Source of the DNA: a phage
Strand: one strand, 5' to 3'
DNA length: 64,000 nt
NCBI GenBank assembly: GCA_022897995.1
Contig: GCA_022897995.1_4763.1
The notes below the pieces were generated by a model. That model was not told where the DNA came from, did no database searches, and worked only from the letters and a program-made list of their open reading frames with translations. The position numbers and the translations under genes were made by a program. Position 1 is the stretch's first letter; each line of letters starts with the position of its first letter. Below, one piece after another: positions 58,285 to 64,000 of this stretch.

Positions 58285-60429
58285 ATGCCAGAAGTAAAAG
58301 AAACTAGCATTAACACAACCATTTGGCTTCCTCATACTTTCGCGTGTTCAATTACTGCCGAATCGGAAGACCCATCTAAGACGAGGAAGGGTTATCATTG
58401 GAAAAAGGATGGTAAATTGGTCACTATGACCGATGCTCCGTCTTTTCCATTGAAGACAGTAAAGGAAGAGGACAAAACAGGCTGGTCTGTTAATGTTCGT
58501 GGGTATGCTCAAGATGACAATGAGTTTACTGGTGATTCTGTTGATATCGGTACGGAAAATTTCACCTTTGAATTGTTTGATAATCCATATGTAGAACATG
58601 TATACCCGCCACGGTCATTTATTGTTGGTGATGAAATAAAGGCAAAGATTGTTTTTCGTAGTCATATCCAGAATAATATTTCTGTAGACCTTTATTACAA
58701 CGATGGTTTGGTTGATTCCATTGATGGTGATCTAGGTTTAGACCATCGTGAATTTAAAATTGCAAAATTTGCGTGGCCTGAATTTTCCGGCACATATCGA
58801 ATGGAATTGAGCGATGAACATGATGATGTAAAATTTGTATATCCTTTCTTTGCTAGTATTGTCGAAAGTAAGGAAGTGTTTAACGTTCAAAAATACGCAC
58901 CTGCTTATTTTACCGTAGAAGATGATGCGCCGAATCAGGCCGAATATACTATTGTCCGCTACCGATTAGAGCGTGGTGATGGTACTTTGGTATATGAATC
59001 TAAAGATAAGACCTTGTATGTAACAAAACATGCTCAAGAGTCTGACGCCGGAGAATATGTTGCTTTTGTGCGTGCATATAAAGTTGTTAATGGTCCTGGG
59101 TCTGGTGAGCAATTCATCGATGGCGATAAACATCGCTTTACGGTAAATGTTAAGGAAAATGAGTTTTTCAGCCATGATTTTAGTGCTGTTGATTTTCGTT
59201 ATCCTTCTGGATCTACTGTAAACCTTGATATGCCAGTGATGCAAGCCGATAGCTCGTGGAACCGCCATTACGGTATGCTTAGTAACAACGTTTACTTTAC
59301 GTGGATGCTTGGCGGTAAGAAACTTCAAAGTAAAAAATATGGTGATGAAGGATACGACCGAATCACCCTATCTGGATTGCAATATGATAACAGCGTTGCG
59401 CTTCAATTGTTGGTTGCTCCTGCCAATCCAGCGGGTGAGCAGGTGATTCCTAACGGTCGTCCACTGTTTTATGACCGTCGTATGCTTGAGATTTATGATA
59501 AAGAGTATGATTATCGTAATATTGAAGTGGGTGAACCGATTGTTCTCAAGATCGTAGATCCTGAACCGCCAGCTAGTGATGATCCTGAACAAACACGAAC
59601 TTTGGTTATCACCAAAAACGACGTTAAAGTAACGGAACTACCGCTAGGCACTAAGGAATATAAGATCACTGACTCCGCTGACCGAGACCATAACGGAATC
59701 TGGGCGCATGAGTATCGTGATAGTCCGAGTAAAGATCCATTTAGTGCACATACCGATTTTGATATTGCTGGTCGCGCAACTTATCATGTTGAAGTTGTGC
59801 CAAATATGGAATTTGATGGTCCTCATCCGGTACAGGTGACGGAAGGGGATACGTTGACTATTGAAGCAACCATGCTTAAACCGCCAGCCTCATATGTTCC
59901 GACTTATGAGTTTAGCAAGAGTGGAGTTAAATTGCCAATTGCTGATGCAAGGACGCCGATTTATCGTAAGGCAAATGTTACCTTAGATGATGCTGGTGTT
60001 TATCGATTTGTTGCATTTGCTGATAAAAACAACAACGAAACTCTAGACCCAGGTGAGATCATCGGCTATACAAAATATGTTCAAGTTGTGGTTAATAAAC
60101 GTCCTGTTCGACCAGATGAACCTAAACCGGAAGTTAAAATTGTTACTCTGTTTAATGATTTTAGTAAAGGCCGATTTAGTCCGTGTCCGTATTGGGTAAT
60201 TGATGAACTTGTCGAACTGATGGAAGATCCGCATGGCTGGATGGGTAAACTTGAAGATGCTGTCTACTATGACTGGCAGATCACTATCTTTAATGAGTTC
60301 TTAAAAGGTAAAGATCTGTATCTTCAAGACTCCTGTAATGGTTATTGGGCTATTGTTCGTCAGAAAGACATGACAATCGAAACTGGTTACGGTCGATTTA
60401 AACACTATCACACAAATGGATTAGAGTAA
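58285..60429 (+). CDS. large Ig-like domain protein with Hoc-like C-terminus (candidate virion surface/decoration protein)
   Basis: 714 aa; AAGGGGG RBS; Ig-like signature DDAGVYRFVAF; C-terminal ..CPYWVIDEL..DSCNGYW.. weakly resembles the Hoc capsid-binding domain. Confidence 0.55.
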   Translation: MPEVKETSINTTIWLPHTFACSITAESEDPSKTRKGYHWKKDGKLVTMTDAPSFPLKTVKEEDKTGWSVNVRGYAQDDNEFTGDSVDIGTENFTFELFDNPYVEHVYPPRSFIVGDEIKAKIVFRSHIQNNISVDLYYNDGLVDSIDGDLGLDHREFKIAKFAWPEFSGTYRMELSDEHDDVKFVYPFFASIVESKEVFNVQKYAPAYFTVEDDAPNQAEYTIVRYRLERGDGTLVYESKDKTLYVTKHAQESDAGEYVAFVRAYKVVNGPGSGEQFIDGDKHRFTVNVKENEFFSHDFSAVDFRYPSGSTVNLDMPVMQADSSWNRHYGMLSNNVYFTWMLGGKKLQSKKYGDEGYDRITLSGLQYDNSVALQLLVAPANPAGEQVIPNGRPLFYDRRMLEIYDKEYDYRNIEVGEPIVLKIVDPEPPASDDPEQTRTLVITKNDVKVTELPLGTKEYKITDSADRDHNGIWAHEYRDSPSKDPFSAHTDFDIAGRATYHVEVVPNMEFDGPHPVQVTEGDTLTIEATMLKPPASYVPTYEFSKSGVKLPIADARTPIYRKANVTLDDAGVYRFVAFADKNNNETLDPGEIIGYTKYVQVVVNKRPVRPDEPKPEVKIVTLFNDFSKGRFSPCPYWVIDELVELMEDPHGWMGKLEDAVYYDWQITIFNEFLKGKDLYLQDSCNGYWAIVRQKDMTIETGYGRFKHYHTNGLE

Positions 60430-60439
60430 AATGTAGTCA

Positions 60440-60466
60440 AAGCCATCCGAAAGGGTGGCTTTTTTA
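60440..60466 (+). terminator. intrinsic terminator
   Basis: AAGCCATCC-GAAA-GGGTGGCTT hairpin plus T6. Confidence 0.7.
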
Positions 60467-60476
60467 TTTTTAGGTG

Positions 60477-60505
60477 TTGACAACCGGACCGTGGTATAGC
60501 ATAAT
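60477..60505 (+). promoter_or_regulatory. sigma70-type early promoter (PeSL-like)
   Basis: TTGACA 60477-60482, 17-bp spacer, CATAAT 60500-60505. Confidence 0.65.
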
Positions 60506-60534
60506 GCACACATCGACAACAAAGGAGAACCAAA

Positions 60535-60744
60535 ATGATTAATCCAGTAGCCGCAGCACTTGCTTCCGAAGAAACTTTGAAGTATATGGTAGAACATGCA
60601 GCAAAGAAAGGAGAAATTGTTACTGCCGATGAGATCGTAGAAACCATGCTCCGCGATCCGAAGGGTAACACGGCAAAGTTTTTCGGTGATCATCTTAAGC
60701 TGGCTTACAAAACAATTATGGAGACTGTAAAGAATGCAAAATGA
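60535..60744 (+). CDS. hypothetical protein (69 aa)
   Basis: AAAGGAG RBS then ATG 60535. Confidence 0.5.
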   Translation: MINPVAAALASEETLKYMVEHAAKKGEIVTADEIVETMLRDPKGNTAKFFGDHLKLAYKTIMETVKNAK

Positions 60745-61072
60745 TGTGATTGAAGTTATTATGAATCAATACCGAAACCGGATTTGGTCTGGACGTATCA
60801 AAGAAGAAAAGGCAAAACGGATCATCGAAAAATATGCTGAAAAGACTAAGCAAGCGCCAACGGCTAACAGAGTTATGATTCTTAAATGTCTGGTGCTTTC
60901 CGGTGACGATATGCCGATTGATGCAGAGACAGCCACCGATTTTCATAAGACCTATCGCCAGTGTGATGTAATTTTTACTTCTGGCTTCGGTAGTTATGAC
61001 TCTATTATGTGGAATTTAATGCACCTTGACGAAACGATCTGGGATGTACTTTCAGAGGAGGGCTACAATTGA
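60734..61072 (+). CDS. hypothetical protein (112 aa)
   Basis: ATG 60734 overlapping upstream gene end. Confidence 0.5.
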   Translation: MQNDVIEVIMNQYRNRIWSGRIKEEKAKRIIEKYAEKTKQAPTANRVMILKCLVLSGDDMPIDAETATDFHKTYRQCDVIFTSGFGSYDSIMWNLMHLDETIWDVLSEEGYN

Positions 61073-61419
61073 ACATTGATATTCAGCGATTAATTGATCA
61101 TCTTCACGCTGGAATACCTTATCATGGCGACGTTACCCGCGATATTCTTGATGTGTTGGAATATACCCAGCAAGTGATCAACGAAAAGCAAGCATTAGAA
61201 TCACGGATCGACGAGGCAATAGGAAACATTGCAACCGAGGATGAATTAGATAATCACTTTGGACCTGTTCTCGATGCTCTTATGGCTGCGCGTGATACTA
61301 AGCTAAAACAGGATAAACAAGAATTTATCCTTGATGGTTTAGCTCGTTATCACAATGCAATTGATATTATGAATAACCAGCATGATTATGCTATTAGTGT
61401 TTTAAGGGGTATGGCATGA
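61069..61419 (+). CDS. hypothetical protein (116 aa), TTG start
   Basis: GAGGAGGG RBS 8 nt before TTG 61069 overlapping upstream stop. Confidence 0.45.
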   Translation: MNIDIQRLIDHLHAGIPYHGDVTRDILDVLEYTQQVINEKQALESRIDEAIGNIATEDELDNHFGPVLDALMAARDTKLKQDKQEFILDGLARYHNAIDIMNNQHDYAISVLRGMA

Positions 61420-61700
61420 AAGACACAAACGAATTTAACGGCATTCAAGTAAGCCCAAATTTTATTGTTCCATCACTGGTGACTAAATTGAATGGTCATA
61501 TGGTCGCTTTGTCTTCCACACCGCCAGAATCAGGAAAGTTTATTACTATCGTAGTTTATGCGGGGCAAATTTTCTCTCATGATTGCTGCATGAAAAACGG
61601 TGAACTGATGGTTGCAAATTATGACTACGGCGACCTTGAGTGGGAAGTTTTAGGACTGGCTAAAGGTGCTGAAATTCTGGGCTATATTCGATTAATTTAA
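61416..61700 (+). CDS. hypothetical protein (94 aa)
   Basis: AAGGGG RBS then ATG 61416 overlapping upstream stop. Confidence 0.5.
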   Translation: MKDTNEFNGIQVSPNFIVPSLVTKLNGHMVALSSTPPESGKFITIVVYAGQIFSHDCCMKNGELMVANYDYGDLEWEVLGLAKGAEILGYIRLI

Positions 61701-61718
61701 AATTTTTCTTAGAAAGTG

Positions 61719-61747
61719 TTGACAGCGATCCGGTGTTATTGCATAAT
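61719..61747 (+). promoter_or_regulatory. sigma70-type early promoter (PeSL-like)
   Basis: TTGACA 61719-61724, 17-bp spacer, CATAAT 61742-61747. Confidence 0.65.
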
Positions 61748-61787
61748 ACACCCATCGAAACGAGATGCACTTTCTAGGAGAATCAAA

Positions 61788-62009
61788 ATGGCAACTGTTA
61801 AAATTATCAAATCTTCCGCTGGCTTCGGTTTCATGCGTGGCGCTAAGTACCCGATGATTATTGAAAACGTTGCCATCGAAGATGGTATGGCTAAAGTGAC
61901 CAGCCGTCAATTGTTCGAAGCTGGTGTTAAAACTGCCGAATCATGGGCGCTTCGCTATCCTAACAAAACTTGGTCCTTCTTCCTGAATGGTGAGGCTGAG
62001 ATCATTTAA
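61788..62009 (+). CDS. hypothetical protein (73 aa)
   Basis: AGGAG RBS then ATG 61788 (ORF track starts 61716). Confidence 0.5.
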   Translation: MATVKIIKSSAGFGFMRGAKYPMIIENVAIEDGMAKVTSRQLFEAGVKTAESWALRYPNKTWSFFLNGEAEII

Positions 62010-62012
62010 TTG

Positions 62013-62040
62013 TTGACACGGGGAGAGATCCCCGTATAAT
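62013..62040 (+). promoter_or_regulatory. sigma70-type early promoter with spacer hairpin (PeSL-like)
   Basis: TTGACA 62013-62018, TATAAT 62035-62040; spacer inverted repeat CGGGGAGAGATCCCCG. Confidence 0.65.
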
Positions 62041-62070
62041 GATAGCCATACCAACTAAGGAGAATCAAAG

Positions 62071-62361
62071 ATGATCACTGAACAATTAATCAAGCATATC
62101 AGAAACATCATCTGGGATCTGTCTGGCGATAAAGAGGAACAAGCTGAACGCATTTTAGCTAAACTCTATAAACGCCGTGACCGTGGAGTATCAGCAAAGA
62201 AAGTAGAAACTTTCAAAGAATTGTCTTTCATCGAAGCTAAAAAGGATGGATTAATTTATCAGTTGACAGATGGTTACTGGTGCTATGATAATACTCGCTA
62301 TGACACCGCGACTGATGCATTAAAAGCATGTAATGACCATCTTCGCAAAACTACCATTTGA
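62071..62361 (+). CDS. hypothetical protein (96 aa)
   Basis: AAGGAG RBS then ATG 62071. Confidence 0.5.
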   Translation: MITEQLIKHIRNIIWDLSGDKEEQAERILAKLYKRRDRGVSAKKVETFKELSFIEAKKDGLIYQLTDGYWCYDNTRYDTATDALKACNDHLRKTTI

Positions 62362-62371
62362 GGATTATATT

Positions 62372-62569
62372 ATGAAGGTTAAAACATTAGCTGATATGGA
62401 TGAGATTGAGACTCAAGTACATGCGGCGTTAGTCGGTTATGAGTTTGGTCGATTCCTTAATAAGTTCCATGACTATAAATGCTTAAATTGTGGTGCTCAT
62501 AACGTAATTGGTGCTTGTTGTCTTAATCCTGTTATAGTACCATATAAAAGAAATGAAACAGAAGAGTGA
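62372..62569 (+). CDS. hypothetical protein with CxxC (65 aa)
   Basis: GAGGA RBS then ATG 62372 (ORF track starts 62333); ..CLNCGAHNVIGACC.. Confidence 0.45.
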   Translation: MKVKTLADMDEIETQVHAALVGYEFGRFLNKFHDYKCLNCGAHNVIGACCLNPVIVPYKRNETEE

Positions 62570-62579
62570 GGAATATAGA

Positions 62580-62798
62580 ATGAAGGCCAACGAATCAGTA
62601 ATACCGCCACCTTTCGGTCGCATTCCTATAGTTATCACAAAGTCAAATACTTCTTTCGTGAAAGTTGGAGAGAAAACGCATATTTCAACCATGCAAGACG
62701 GTACACAATACCTATGGTCTGATTTCTGCCAGCGTTATGAGCGTTTATCATGGGCTACCCGCTTATGGTGTGTTGAGTATAAGGAGATCACAAAATGA
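62580..62798 (+). CDS. hypothetical protein (72 aa)
   Basis: GAGTGAGGA RBS then ATG 62580 (ORF track starts 62553). Confidence 0.45.
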   Translation: MKANESVIPPPFGRIPIVITKSNTSFVKVGEKTHISTMQDGTQYLWSDFCQRYERLSWATRLWCVEYKEITK

Positions 62799-63049
62799 TC
62801 ATCGGATACATCCCATATTCAACAACAAAACATATTGTCGGATTCGAAGACATAGAAAAGTCTTGCTTTCCTCTCAAGGTTGAAGTAGACTTTATTACAG
62901 CGAACGGATGGGCTTACGTCACTGTTTCAGAAATGAAGCGCGTAGGCTGGGAAAATTGCATACACCTACCGCATCTTATCCTAGATGTTCGCGCTGGTGA
63001 AATTGATATTGATGGAAAGATCTATGGAGACAATGTAAATGAAAATTGA
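62795..63049 (+). CDS. hypothetical protein (84 aa)
   Basis: AAGGAG RBS then ATG 62795. Confidence 0.5.
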   Translation: MIIGYIPYSTTKHIVGFEDIEKSCFPLKVEVDFITANGWAYVTVSEMKRVGWENCIHLPHLILDVRAGEIDIDGKIYGDNVNEN

Positions 63050-63296
63050 AATTATTGACCGTGCTGGGTATACTTTCATGGAAAAAGTTAAACTTCCTAT
63101 CATTGTTGAAGGTCGCCCCTTATGTCAAGGATTCATGATAACGACCAGAGAACTACGAAATGCTGGTGTTCCCGTTGAACCATGTTTCGGTGATGATTAT
63201 GAATGGTGTTTCAGTGGTTTTCGTGCACATAAAGCAAAAGAAGCACGAAAAGCATCATGGTTTGCTCGCTTTAATAACTGGTTGAGGAAACTGTGA
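63039..63296 (+). CDS. hypothetical protein (85 aa)
   Basis: GGAGA RBS then ATG 63039. Confidence 0.5.
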   Translation: MKIEIIDRAGYTFMEKVKLPIIVEGRPLCQGFMITTRELRNAGVPVEPCFGDDYEWCFSGFRAHKAKEARKASWFARFNNWLRKL

Positions 63297-63634
63297 TGTG
63301 TGAAATGAAAATGTATATGATTCTAAGTGATTCAGGATACACCTTCTTACAAGGTATTGATAGTGACTCGCGTCCTATTGTTTATGGCAAGGAACATCCG
63401 ACCATTCCTGGGATCATTCTTGTTACGACAACATCACTTCGTAGAGTGTCAGAAAGTCCATACCTACAAAACGTAAAGCAAGACCGAGAATGGGCTTTCG
63501 AGTTAGGTAAAGACCTTGTTGAGTGGGTAAACTGTGAAGACAAGAACCAACGAAATCATGAAAAGAAGATTGCACGACTTGAACATAGAAGAAAACTTGA
63601 TGAAATCAAAAACAGGATTCTACAATCAATGTAA
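63293..63634 (+). CDS. hypothetical protein (113 aa; start GTG 63293 or ATG 63296)
   Basis: GAGGAAA RBS upstream. Confidence 0.5.
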   Translation: MMCEMKMYMILSDSGYTFLQGIDSDSRPIVYGKEHPTIPGIILVTTTSLRRVSESPYLQNVKQDREWAFELGKDLVEWVNCEDKNQRNHEKKIARLEHRRKLDEIKNRILQSM

Positions 63635-63863
63635 CAGGGTATTCATTGTCCTGATGGATTCAGAAAACTATCCCGAACTCGCTAAAACGCGTTTTCCGTG
63701 CGTTGTTGAAGCATATAAGGCAAATGCACCGGATAAACGGTTTATCGTGTTAGCGAGCGAAATAGAGCGATTAGGGGCTATTCCTAAACATGATGAATAT
63801 GTGTTTCGTAAGGTGTACTCTGTACATAATTTTGATGTAGTAGTTAATTCACTAAAATCATAA
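63600..63863 (+). CDS. hypothetical protein (start uncertain)
   Basis: ORF-track ORF 63534-63863 overlaps the upstream gene; ATG 63600 is the first start that limits the overlap. Confidence 0.3.
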   Translation: MKSKTGFYNQCNRVFIVLMDSENYPELAKTRFPCVVEAYKANAPDKRFIVLASEIERLGAIPKHDEYVFRKVYSVHNFDVVVNSLKS

Positions 63864-63871
63864 AAAAGTTG

Positions 63872-63900
63872 TTGACAGGGGATCAGTGATCCCCTATACT
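63872..63900 (+). promoter_or_regulatory. sigma70-type early promoter with spacer hairpin (PeSL-like)
   Basis: TTGACA 63872-63877, TATACT 63895-63900; spacer inverted repeat GGGGATCAGTGATCCCC. Confidence 0.6.
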
Positions 63901-63942
63901 ACACACATCAAAACGAAACACACTTTCTTAAGGAGAATCAAA

Positions 63943-64000
63943 ATGAGCAACCTGTCTTTCGCTAAAGTAGAAATTTCTAAAACTCGCGGTGGCTTTAAAA
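63943..64000 (+). CDS. hypothetical protein (3' partial, runs off window end)
   Basis: AAGGAG RBS then ATG 63943; MSNLSFAKVEISKTRGGFK.. resembles the N-terminus of the ORF at 61788. Confidence 0.4.
   Translation, partial: MSNLSFAKVEISKTRGGFK

Noticed and set aside
45322-63900. Possible CRISPR array, because of the regularly repeated ~30-bp units
   Set aside because: Units are separated by whole genes of variable length and each contains sigma70 -35/-10 hexamers plus RBS and ATG; they are promoters, not CRISPR repeats.

Overview
This window is a contiguous piece of a T4-like myophage genome (Straboviridae, T-even type). All calls rest on reading the six-frame translations against remembered T4 protein features, gene order and sequence motifs; no database search was run, and hand-indexed coordinates of short motifs may be off by a base or two. 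Layout: (i) 1-2235, two tandem Hoc-like Ig-domain capsid decoration genes on the plus strand (first is 5' partial); (ii) 2.3-4.4 kb, small plus-strand genes including a DprA/Smf-like protein; (iii) 4.4-40.3 kb, the complete late structural module on the minus strand in T4 order: 53, 5, 5.1-like, 5.4, 6, 7, 8, 9, 10, 11, 12, wac, 13, 14, 15, 16, 17, 18, 19, 20, 67, 68, 21, 22, 23, 24, with TATAAATA late promoters and intrinsic terminators; (iv) 40.3-45.3 kb, plus-strand genes 4, 2, 3, 1, 57A and a 57B/Acb1-like 2H phosphoesterase, interrupted by a minus-strand HNH endonuclease; (v) 45.3-64 kb, a hyperplastic early region of about 55 small plus-strand genes driven by repeated sigma70-type promoters, many with a GGGGA/TCCCC hairpin in the spacer. 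The module departs from T4 in three places: a 331-aa intein with a LAGLIDADG endonuclease domain splits the P-loop of terminase gp17; a self-contained promoter-to-terminator cassette with an adenine-methyltransferase-like gene sits between baseplate genes 8 and 9; and a late-transcribed three-gene block (one a ~570-aa collagen-like repeat protein) replaces the segD position between 23 and 24. The early region holds several candidate anti-defence or auxiliary genes (macro domain, Pol-beta-type nucleotidyltransferase, GrcA-like glycyl-radical cofactor, M15 peptidase, secreted SLT-like protein, thymidine kinase) and a 714-aa Ig-domain protein behind a late promoter. No tRNA, rRNA or CRISPR array was found.
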